A stretch of DNA of 64,000 nt, taken from NCBI GenBank assembly GCA_031412295.1, contig JANOCU010000027.1, forward strand, positions 897 to 64,896, in the 5' to 3' direction. Below, in pieces: positions 53,077 through 62,397 of this stretch. Position 1 is the stretch's first letter. Each line of letters begins with the position of its first letter. The stretch is from Bacteroidota bacterium. GTDB lineage: Bacteria; Bacteroidota; Bacteroidia; Palsa-965. A program made the position numbers and the translations under genes. The notes under the pieces were generated by a model, which searched no databases, was not told the origin of the DNA, and saw nothing but the letters and a program-made list of their open reading frames with translations.

Positions 53077-55511
53077 TAATGCAAAATCATCACCTGTTTT
53101 CTTCCTAATAATTTCCCACCCTGGAGCACTTCCACAATATAAAATCCATCTGTCCAGCGAGCGGTTTCTAATTTTGCTTCTTCACCTGTCATGGTTTCGG
53201 AAAACATAATTTTTCCATCTGCATCATACACATTTACCAAAACAGCCTCATGATTTTCTGACGTCCAGTCGATGGTCAGGTGATCACCTGCAGGATTCGG
53301 ATATGCAGAAATCATAGGTGCTGGTGAAGGAAGCTCATTCACACCAATCAAAACCTGTGATACGCCCATTGCAAAAGCATATTGTCCGAGCTTGAGGGAA
53401 TCAGCGTCTACGTAACCATATTTCGAGCTTGCAGACGGACCGAAAACAAACTTCGTGTAATATGGATATTCCTGCCAGTCTTCCGAAGCATCGCGACGGT
53501 AAAGTAAAATTACACTATCACCATTCGCAGGGATAAGCAAATTATCCAGCCAATTTGATGGACCGGCTGTTGAACCTGTGCGACCGTCATAGGTAAATCG
53601 CGCTTTGGAAACAAATGTGGATGGCAAAATTCCATCTACTGTCCAATAACGTTCTGTTGACAAACGATAATTATTTACGTTGTTTTGAATCGGATCGGGC
53701 GCAGCGTAATTATGTTCGATGCGAATAAAAGCAGAATCAGTAATCGCGCTTACCGTAAGGTTGCAACGTGCCAATACATAATTATGTACGCCGGTGGTTT
53801 TGATTATTTTCTTTTCATCCGTTATCGCATCGCTGATCTTTTCTTCAATGTCGACTGCGATCATTACCGGGTTGAATGGAAGTGTTGCAGTGAAATTTCC
53901 ATTTGCGCCTGAAACAAAATTTCGTTGCGTTACTGAATTCCAATTTGCATCGAAAAATGTAAAATCCATTGGCATATTGGTGAAATAATTCGGCGCTCCT
54001 CTTAACTTTTGCTTTACATAAAAAGTCACATCGAAATTGGGGCCGTTAGGAACAGAAGCAAAGGAATCAACAGAAACATGTGGCCATCCCGCATTAAAAA
54101 CCCAATCGTTAAAATAATCATTCAGAAAAGTTTGTCCTGTCGCTGCGATTAAATTATCGCGGAACTGTGCGCTTGTTACATCTGTGAACTGACTGTTCGC
54201 TAAATGATATTGAAGGCCAATCCAAAAAAGTGAATCACCCATATAACCGCGAAGCGTATGCGCAACATCTGAACCACGCAGGTACACATTGTCGCCATAC
54301 GTATACTGATGCGGAATGCTGTCAAGCTCTAAATATCCGCCTTCGCGCAAATGAACAAGGTGAACCATTTCATCATGATTTGCACGAACTGCATCAGAAT
54401 ACGCACCGTGACCATACACCCATTCTGTAAAAACGTATTCAGAATAAACAGCCCAGCCTTCATTCAGCCACATTTCTCCTTCATGATTGCAGGTGGCAAG
54501 ATCGCCCCACCAGTGATGAGAAAATTCGTGCGCCATAATTGTTTCGTAGGTAAGCGAACCATTCGCACAAACCCGCGGGTAAGAAATATTTGTTGCGTGT
54601 TCCATCGCCCCGCTGCTGAACGGTACAAGGCAAAAACCAACACGCGGCCATTCATACGGACCAAATCGTGTTTCATACGCATCGATCGCATCTTCCAAAT
54701 GAATGAAAGAATTTTTCATGTTCGTTGTATCCGCAGGCAAAGCTGTCAATACAATCGGGTAAGTACCGAATGCCCCGGTGTGCGATTGATTTACATGTGT
54801 GTAAGTTGCCGTAGAAATAGATGCGAGGTAGGATGGAATATGTTCTTCCAGGTCCCATGTTCTCCAGCGAACGGCATTTATATCCGTAGTATCGGCCTGT
54901 AACATTCCGTTGCAGTAAGAAGAATAGCCGGTGTTTGTGCCAATGATAAATGTGTATGCTGCACGCTCAACAAAATTATCGAAGCACGGATGAAAGACAC
55001 GTCCGAAACAATGCGGATCAGAATTAAAGCTTACGCCGAGATTGTATGCGTAAGGCGGATTGAAATAAAATCCACCCCAGACATTCGGCCCCGGATCCAT
55101 TTGCGGGCGACCGTGATACCAGACGGCAATCTCTGAAGTGTCGCCGGTATTCATTGTTGCAGGAAGAGAAATTTTCAGCAACGTATCGTTGTAAGAATAC
55201 GAAAGCAAACCTGAATTCAAAACAATTGAATCGATCCTCATGCGCAACAGATCGAGCGGTAGTTCAGCTACACCGTTTATACGCGGAGTAAATTTTACCA
55301 TTGTTCCACCGCGGATGGTGTCGGTGATCAAATCGGTGATATTGAGCTTTACTGTGTAATGCAGAATATCAATTGTATCGCTGATGGAATTTTGTGCTTG
55401 CGTTTGAACGGGTTCGGAACGGTGAGTGGATTGTGCATGCAGAGAACAAGCGATAAGAAAGCCTGCGACAATAGAGGAGAGTTGTTTCATCAGAATGTAT
55501 TGCTGGATCAT
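53076..55511 (-). CDS. M1-family zinc metallopeptidase (aminopeptidase N-like) with a T9SS C-terminal sorting domain
   Basis: GAMEH (GAMEN variant), HEFSHHWWG...WLNEGWAVY (HExxH-x18-E), C-terminal CTD. Likely start at the internal Met MKQLSSIVAGFLIAC (55490). Confidence 0.85.
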   Translation of the reverse strand: MIQQYILMKQLSSIVAGFLIACSLHAQSTHRSEPVQTQAQNSISDTIDILHYTVKLNITDLITDTIRGGTMVKFTPRINGVAELPLDLLRMRIDSIVLNSGLLSYSYNDTLLKISLPATMNTGDTSEIAVWYHGRPQMDPGPNVWGGFYFNPPYAYNLGVSFNSDPHCFGRVFHPCFDNFVERAAYTFIIGTNTGYSSYCNGMLQADTTDINAVRWRTWDLEEHIPSYLASISTATYTHVNQSHTGAFGTYPIVLTALPADTTNMKNSFIHLEDAIDAYETRFGPYEWPRVGFCLVPFSSGAMEHATNISYPRVCANGSLTYETIMAHEFSHHWWGDLATCNHEGEMWLNEGWAVYSEYVFTEWVYGHGAYSDAVRANHDEMVHLVHLREGGYLELDSIPHQYTYGDNVYLRGSDVAHTLRGYMGDSLFWIGLQYHLANSQFTDVTSAQFRDNLIAATGQTFLNDYFNDWVFNAGWPHVSVDSFASVPNGPNFDVTFYVKQKLRGAPNYFTNMPMDFTFFDANWNSVTQRNFVSGANGNFTATLPFNPVMIAVDIEEKISDAITDEKKIIKTTGVHNYVLARCNLTVSAITDSAFIRIEHNYAAPDPIQNNVNNYRLSTERYWTVDGILPSTFVSKARFTYDGRTGSTAGPSNWLDNLLIPANGDSVILLYRRDASEDWQEYPYYTKFVFGPSASSKYGYVDADSLKLGQYAFAMGVSQVLIGVNELPSPAPMISAYPNPAGDHLTIDWTSENHEAVLVNVYDADGKIMFSETMTGEEAKLETARWTDGFYIVEVLQGGKLLGRKQVMILH

Positions 55512-55647
55512 TAAAGATAATGAAATTCCTGCAATGAAACGATTGGATGGAACACGGATGAAACGGATTGAACGGATTTACGCGGATAAATTATTATCCG
55601 TTTTTATCCATCCAATCCGAGTTAACTGTGTTCTGTATTTGTAAGGC

Positions 55648-56370
55648 TTATTCTTCCTGTGAACGGTTAATATCAAATACCAAACCTACATTCAGGAATG
55701 AAGTTTTGTAGCTGAGCGCTTGTGAATTTAGTTTTTGCGAAAATCCGAATTGTGCCTGCAGCTTTACCCATTTGTATCCGCCACGTACAGTTAATGCCGG
55801 CTCGATGAATGCCCATACCGGTTCATTGATATTATAAAATTTTCCGTCGATCTGATCTTGCGTAGAGTAATTGGTTTGCACATTATTATATTTTCCCATT
55901 GCAAAACGCGGAGTAAGCGCAGCTTCGAAATATTTTCCTGCATAACCAAAGCTTGGCTGAATAAAAAAGCGCATTCCGTCAGCCGAAAAATTTCTTACCA
56001 CAGTTGTATTATTCTCCTGTCGGTTTTCACTGAACTTTACTCTTCCCATTCCACCGCCTGCGTAGGTTTCAAAAATAAATCCATTCACCGGAGCAAAATA
56101 ACCGATACCTAATTCAACCAATCCGCCACTTCCGCTGATCGTATTATTATCCGTTTCAGCTGTAACGCGAAAGCCATTTGCCATAACACCGATATGGTCT
56201 GTAATAGCATAAGCGAATTGTGCATTGGACGGATCCACATAAGCACGAAATTCTCCGTGATTATTTAAGAGCGGTGTATTAATTGCATTCGGTTCGTAAA
56301 CCGTTTTGCAGGAATTAAATCCAAGTAATGCCCCGATGCTGATTGCAGAAAAAAGTAAGGAATGTTTCAT
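55648..56370 (-). CDS. Outer-membrane beta-barrel protein (porin-like), hypothetical
   Basis: Signal peptide. Alternating amphipathic strands. C-terminal aromatic-ending strand (LVFDINRSQEE is atypical). Confidence 0.45.
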   Translation of the reverse strand: MKHSLLFSAISIGALLGFNSCKTVYEPNAINTPLLNNHGEFRAYVDPSNAQFAYAITDHIGVMANGFRVTAETDNNTISGSGGLVELGIGYFAPVNGFIFETYAGGGMGRVKFSENRQENNTTVVRNFSADGMRFFIQPSFGYAGKYFEAALTPRFAMGKYNNVQTNYSTQDQIDGKFYNINEPVWAFIEPALTVRGGYKWVKLQAQFGFSQKLNSQALSYKTSFLNVGLVFDINRSQEE

Positions 56371-56537
56371 AAGTCAGGTTAATTTATATTGCGTTAATCT
56401 CGGAAGAAGAAGTGCTGTCGTCTGGATTTTTCGATGCAATGAGTTATTATCCTGATCGATTGTTTCAAAGTGATGGAGGAAAACAAAAACCGGGATATAC
56501 ATTGAAGCATATCCCGGTCAAAATTGCTGAAGGATTA

Positions 56538-57818
56538 TTATTGAACTACAATTCGCTTGCTGCTAACAACGCCATTATTTGTAACTCTCAACAAATAAAC
56601 TCCCGGAGCAAAAGTTTGCGCCGGTGAATAGCTGAAGCTTGTTCCTGAGAATGTAAACGCATCAACTTTCTCGCCGAGCAAATTGACTAATTCTGCTTGG
56701 GCATTTTCTGCTGACTCATTGAGCTGAACCGTGAATGCTCCGTTGTTCGGGTTAGGGAAGATCTCAAAAGTAGTTGCTGTTTTTGGAGAAACTGTACTGA
56801 CTTCCGTTCCTGCTTGTCTGCAGCCATAACAATAAACTCCGGATTGATTAACAACTAAAGAGTATGTTGATACACATCCGCCATTATCAATAGTGCGTGT
56901 AACGCGATAATAACGACCATTTGTGAAATGCCCTAATGCGTAATATGTAGGTGAAGTCCACGGTGGAGTAAAGTCTGCATCGTAATTAAAAAAGTAAATT
57001 GGGGTGTACCAGTTAGCGACATTGCTCCAATTTGCATTTGTATACGTGGTTCCCGAAATAACTGTAAACGGATCAGTTGTAATATCTACTTCCTGGACTG
57101 TAAAAACATCCATTGCTGCTCCGTTAGCAGACGGGCGATTCGCGCTGAATTTGAAATGCCCTGCATCTACTGCTCCAACGTTTGAAATATAAAAATTTGC
57201 ATCTATATAATTATTAGTAACAGGAAGGAAAGCTGAGCTGGATTGACATCCGTTTGCATCCGTTACAGTTACCCATACATTATTAAAAAACATTGCCGGA
57301 ATAGTGACACAATTCGATGTTCCTGTATTCGCCGACCATTGAATTGTTGATCCTGATAATGCTTCCCAGTAATAGGTCTGACCGGTTCCCGTAAGGTTAG
57401 TGACGCAATAGGTTCCTGTGCCGCAGACGGGTGATGGTCCGGTAACTACTGGTGTTGGATTTACATAAATAACGCTTGTAAATGTAACGTAGTAATTTGG
57501 TGTTCCTTGTTTTAGTACATACAAAGTAAGCAGTGCATATCCACCACAAAGTTGTGATGTTACAGTAGAGGGAATTGAATAGTTGCCATTTCCTCCTGTG
57601 AAAGTTGATGATTGATGAATTGCCGGTCCGGATGGAACTCCCGCAGAATTGCTGGGTGTAACTGTCCAATAATGTTGTATAGGAGCAGGCCTTGAAAAAT
57701 ATTGTGCTGAAATCGCCATAGCAGCGTTGCAACAATAAGGCGTGTACGTAACAATAGTTTGTGCTGATACCATTGTGGTAAACAGGCAAATGAGTGAGAC
57801 AAAGAGTAATTTTTTCAT
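56538..57818 (-). CDS. T9SS C-terminal sorting domain-containing secreted protein (Cys-rich Ig-like domains)
   Basis: Signal peptide MKKLLFVSLICLFTTMVSAQ and C-terminal CTD (FEIFPNPNNGAFTVQL...GVYLLRVTNNG). Confidence 0.65.
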   Translation of the reverse strand: MKKLLFVSLICLFTTMVSAQTIVTYTPYCCNAAMAISAQYFSRPAPIQHYWTVTPSNSAGVPSGPAIHQSSTFTGGNGNYSIPSTVTSQLCGGYALLTLYVLKQGTPNYYVTFTSVIYVNPTPVVTGPSPVCGTGTYCVTNLTGTGQTYYWEALSGSTIQWSANTGTSNCVTIPAMFFNNVWVTVTDANGCQSSSAFLPVTNNYIDANFYISNVGAVDAGHFKFSANRPSANGAAMDVFTVQEVDITTDPFTVISGTTYTNANWSNVANWYTPIYFFNYDADFTPPWTSPTYYALGHFTNGRYYRVTRTIDNGGCVSTYSLVVNQSGVYCYGCRQAGTEVSTVSPKTATTFEIFPNPNNGAFTVQLNESAENAQAELVNLLGEKVDAFTFSGTSFSYSPAQTFAPGVYLLRVTNNGVVSSKRIVVQ

Positions 57819-58043
57819 CTTTTTTAATTTTTGTATTTAATGAATAGAAGAATTAGGGATTCATCCAAAAGTGGAATAATTTCAATCGCACCATTGCCGC
57901 AATTTGCAGAATGCGGGTTTGGGTTTGTGGAATGAAGCTTTTGACTTGCAGGATAATGACGTGATTGCCAATAATTGTTCGCTTTATGGAATTGCTCCAC
58001 AAATTATCCGTGCAAGGATTAGAAAAAACCGAGGGCAGCTAAT

Positions 58044-58763
58044 TTATACGCTGATATTTTTCAACAGCTCTAAAAATTGGTCTTTGTTTTTTCTTGCAAT
58101 TTCCGCTGTTGATCCATCTGTCATCTGCGCAAGAAAACCATTATTGCTTATAAACTTTACGACTTTATCAAGGTTTATCAAATGGGAATTATGACAGCGG
58201 TAGAATAAAGCCGGGTTAAGCTGCTGTTCATATTCTTTTAAGCTTTTGGAAGCAATTTGTTTTATTTTATTATCGAGATAAAAAGTAGTGTAGCTTCCTG
58301 ATGCTTCCAGCCTGATGATATCGGAGGCTTTAATAAAAATAATTCCATCCTTTACTGCCAGGGGAATGGTGGCAGAGAAAGAGATTTTATCCTGTGAATT
58401 TGGTTTTTTCCCTTTCAAGATTTTGGCGATGCACGCTTTCAGCTCATTCACGTCAATGGGTTTCAATAAATAATCACACGCATCATGTTTGATCGCCTGT
58501 ATCGCGTATTCTTCATGTGCGGTTGTGAAAATGAGATTGAAATCAGAATACTTTAACTGTTTAAGCAAAGTAAAACCATTTATCTCCGGCATGCTGATAT
58601 CGAGGAAGACAATTTCAGGTTTGTAATTTTCAATAAGCGAAATGCCTTCAATTGCATTTGTAGTTGTTGCAACGATTTTTATTTCTTCAACATGTTTACT
58701 GATTAATAATTCAAGCGCACTGATTCCGGAAGATTCGTCGTCGATGATAACCGCTCTGAGCAT
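58044..58763 (-). CDS. LytTR-family response regulator (REC + LytTR)
   Basis: REC (IIDDESSG...FLDISMPEINGF) and LytTR (IIRLEASGSYTTFYL...HNSHLINLDKV). Confidence 0.85.
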   Translation of the reverse strand: MLRAVIIDDESSGISALELLISKHVEEIKIVATTTNAIEGISLIENYKPEIVFLDISMPEINGFTLLKQLKYSDFNLIFTTAHEEYAIQAIKHDACDYLLKPIDVNELKACIAKILKGKKPNSQDKISFSATIPLAVKDGIIFIKASDIIRLEASGSYTTFYLDNKIKQIASKSLKEYEQQLNPALFYRCHNSHLINLDKVVKFISNNGFLAQMTDGSTAEIARKNKDQFLELLKNISV

Positions 58764-58768
58764 AGGTG

Positions 58769-60292
58769 TTAATTATAAATTGGCATTCGAACTGAAATAA
58801 GTGTACCTGTAGGAATACCCATTGAATCAGTTTTGTCTGTAATGGTTAAGCTGTAATCGCCACCACGCATTCGTTTCATAAGTTCAAGACGTTGTTTAAT
58901 AAAATGGATGCCCAGAGATTTGCTTTTAGTAAGCGGATCAGGAACTTTTCCAGGATTATATCCTATGCCATTGTCCTCTATTAAACAAGATAATAATTTA
59001 TCATTTATAAATTCAAATTTCACCGCCAGGGATTTATCGCCTTTTTTTTGTAATAATCCATGCCAAATAGCATTTTCTACAAAGGGCTGAATAAGCATTT
59101 GAGGGATGCGTGCGTTGGAAATGATTAATCGTTCATCACAAATTATTTCATAGTTGAATGCCTGGCTAAAACGCAAAGCTTCCATTTCAATGTATTTATT
59201 AAGAATGTCGATTTCATTTTCCACTGTGATAAATTCTTCTGTATTGCTCTCTAATATTTTTCTGAGCAACCGGGAAAATTTTACGAGATAAGTATTTGCG
59301 GTTTCAATATTTTCTGCCAGGATAAATTTTTGAATTGAATTCATTGAATTAAAAATGAAATGCGGATTCATTTGCGCTTTTATTACTTTCATTTCCATTT
59401 CATACAGCTGGCTCTGGAGAATATTTTTTTCCTTTTCTTGTTCCAGCTTCAGCTTTAATCTTCTTACAAACAACATTATTATTAAACCGATGCACACAAT
59501 TACAAGCACGCCTTTTAGTATCCATTTAAAAGCTGTGCGAAGCCGGTTCGGGTCAGCTTCGTTGAACAGCGCATTAATTTCCTCCTGTGAAAGCACTTTA
59601 TTGTAAATATTGATATCGTCGACATTACCATTTAAGTACCGTGAGTTTTTAGTATTTGCAGAATTACCAACCATTACTGAATCGCCGCGAAGAAAATGCG
59701 AATGAAATTTTTTATTTGCCCGGTTCTCCAGCTTTCCGTCAATATATAACGATATTTCGTTGTCATCATAGGTCAGAACCAGGTGATGCCATTCTCTGAG
59801 TGAAAGAGGTTGTGGTGAAGAGATACTGATCTGACTGATGGAATCACGTGTATTACATCCCCCGAGCTGGCCTGTATTCAACAGGTATGCCATTGAATAC
59901 GCCTCAAAAAAATCATCACCGGCAACACATTTTGTAAGTATGATCGGATTCCATTGGGCGCCACGACCTGCATGAATTGGTATGCCAATCTTTACCCACA
60001 GTGAAATGGTCCCTGTTGCAGGTTTAAGTTCATCTCCAGTGCCCAGGTTTAAATAGCTGTTAATATTTCCATTCAGGTAACAGCTGGATGACGCGTTGCC
60101 GAAACGGTCATCGTCGAATACAATGCCTGAAGCCTTAATGGGGAATGCAGTGAGATCATTTTGCGCAATGCCTTCATTAAAATAATATCGTGCAACAAGT
60201 CCGTCCGGATTTTGTGCAACGACGATGGTCGAAATAAAAAGGCAACGCAGGATTAAAAGCGACCTTAAGAGTTGCATACGGGTAACGCACAA
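58769..60292 (-). CDS. LytS/YehU-type sensor histidine kinase with an extracytoplasmic LamG/concanavalin-A-like domain
   Basis: Signal peptide, LamG-like motifs (LNGNVDDINIYNKVLSQEEI), one TM helix, His_kinase motif NPHFIFNSMNSIQ, HATPase_c. Sits 5 nt upstream of the response-regulator gene. Confidence 0.8.
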   Translation of the reverse strand: MCVTRMQLLRSLLILRCLFISTIVVAQNPDGLVARYYFNEGIAQNDLTAFPIKASGIVFDDDRFGNASSSCYLNGNINSYLNLGTGDELKPATGTISLWVKIGIPIHAGRGAQWNPIILTKCVAGDDFFEAYSMAYLLNTGQLGGCNTRDSISQISISSPQPLSLREWHHLVLTYDDNEISLYIDGKLENRANKKFHSHFLRGDSVMVGNSANTKNSRYLNGNVDDINIYNKVLSQEEINALFNEADPNRLRTAFKWILKGVLVIVCIGLIIMLFVRRLKLKLEQEKEKNILQSQLYEMEMKVIKAQMNPHFIFNSMNSIQKFILAENIETANTYLVKFSRLLRKILESNTEEFITVENEIDILNKYIEMEALRFSQAFNYEIICDERLIISNARIPQMLIQPFVENAIWHGLLQKKGDKSLAVKFEFINDKLLSCLIEDNGIGYNPGKVPDPLTKSKSLGIHFIKQRLELMKRMRGGDYSLTITDKTDSMGIPTGTLISVRMPIYN

Positions 60293-60455
60293 AAGTGCAT
60301 AGCATTATACAAACAAATCTACAATTAAATTTATATGAGCGAAAAATTTACAAATTATGTTTCGGTTTAATCTTTTGGAGAATACTTTCAAATGAATAAA
60401 AAACCGGGATACGCAATTCGCATATCCCGGCTAAATCAAAAGAGGGGAGTTTGAT

Positions 60456-62065
60456 TTATTCTATAATAACCTGCTTATTCAATTGTTCGCCATCCGCTGT
60501 GATACGCAGCATATACACACCTTTTGAAAGCGAAGTTTGTGGTGTGAATTTGTACGTATTTCCGCTGAAGGTAAATGTTGCAACGCGCTCACCCAGCACA
60601 TTGATCAGCTCTGCATTTGCATTTACAACTGCATGATCAAGATTGATTTCAAAAGTTCCATTGCCCGGGTTAGGGAATGCAGTGAATGCATTCTCTGTTG
60701 TAGTATTTTCAAATTGTCCCTGGCGATCTGTTGGCGGAATGTAACGGCAACATGCATCCGGGTTGCAGCACTGGCGGAAAGAAAAATCATCAAGACCGAA
60801 ATCAACACCTGCCGGATCAGTTTCGAGATTGACAATGCGTACAGTAACTTTTGTATTCGGCCCTGAATTCCAGCACGGAACACCATACTCATCCCAGGTC
60901 CATGTTCCAGTGTATGGAATTCCTGTTTTCGTATTTACAATCACATTACCGGTTGCATTACCGATAAAATGCATTTCATAGATCGGCTGTTTGTAATCTG
61001 CACGTGACCCGAAGAATGAAAATTTGTAAGTGGTAAATTGTGCAACAGTAATTGTTTGTTCCCACAATACCGTTACGGGCGAACAACCATCCACATGCAT
61101 GAACATATTGTCGGCAATAGGTGTGTTGTCAGGGAAATTCGGATCATACACATTGCTGAACCAACCCGGTCCTACAAAATAATTACATGGATTGTAAACA
61201 GGCACGTAGGTATGTCCGCTGGTGAAACCGGTATTACCTGCGCTGAAATCTGCATTCGTAAATAAATTCATTCCCATTCCGGTCGGCGCAAATACCGTAT
61301 AGCTTGATGTGCAGCATTCGCGGAAAGAAAAATCATCCATTCCGAAATCATTTCCACCACCTGCTGTGGCGTTGTTGATCACCTGGATAGTTACAGTTGT
61401 GTTCGGACCCGCATTCCAACAGGATGCTATGAACTTTTCCCACTCCCAATATCCCGGGTAAGGTGTTCCTGTTTGCGACAGTACAATATTATCACCGGTA
61501 ACATCACCGATAAAATGCACTTCGAAATCCGGCTGAACCACATGTGCTTTGATTGCCTGAAATGAAAATGTATAATTGCTTCCGGAAGTTACATTTATGG
61601 TTTATTCCCATAGTAAAGTTGCCGGTGAGCATCCATCTACCGACATAAACATATTGTCTGCAGTTGGTGTAGCGTCGGGATATGCAGGATTGATCGGGCT
61701 AGCAAACCAACCCCCTCCTACGAAATAATTGCAAGGTGAATAAACTGAAGAATAAGTTTGTCCGCTTATAAATCCGGTATTGCCTCCAGAGAAATCTCCG
61801 TTCACTACGAGCTCCGGTCCATTCAAAACTGTAGCAGTAACGGTGTACGAGCCAGGAATTGTTGTTGTTGGTTTGCAATAATCGGGTTGCTGACATTTGC
61901 AGCGGGTGCCCAGAGATAAGAATCAAAACCAGGCGTTGCGTTTAAGTAGGTGACATTGCGCCTGCAATCTGTGTAAGGATCTGCATAAATAGTTGGACAG
62001 CCGGTATAGCCTTGTCCGATAAGATTTCCGCTGACGAGTACCAGCATGCCGAGTAATTTTTTCAT
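60456..62065 (-). pseudogene. T9SS-CTD protein with two to three tandem roughly 170-aa Cys-containing domains, disrupted by a frameshift (about 61826..61925) and an in-frame TAA (61602..61604)
   Basis: Three ORF pieces (61823..62065 with a signal peptide; 61602..61826; 60456..61541) are collinear with one protein. The TAA sits where the internal paralogous repeat has Gln (LLWE*TINV versus VLWEQTITV). The 61602..61826 frame is open back to about 61922 and matches the paralog (SYTVTATV versus SYTVFAPTG). Confidence 0.55.
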
Positions 62066-62397
62066 GATTTTATTTTTATTAATAAGATGAATAAAAAATA
62101 CCGGGGGAACATTTTACGTTGCAATGATTATAAATACATCAGTTTGATTTTAAATTCCGAGGGTCGCGTCAGTGTGTGCCGGGGCATCAGGGGAGGTTTG
62201 GTGGTTTTTTCATATGTGGCGTGTTGGTTTACGTCAAAACTATTGCGACAAATTCCGGCGAACAATAAGAAATGCGTAACAGGTCGAAATACTCGTGGTT
62301 TGCAGTTTTTTTGCGTGTTTAACAAAGCGTCACCGAAATGCGCATAAAAAAATGCCCCGGCGTTAACCAGGGCATCATAATTAATTAAAGTAGCTGA

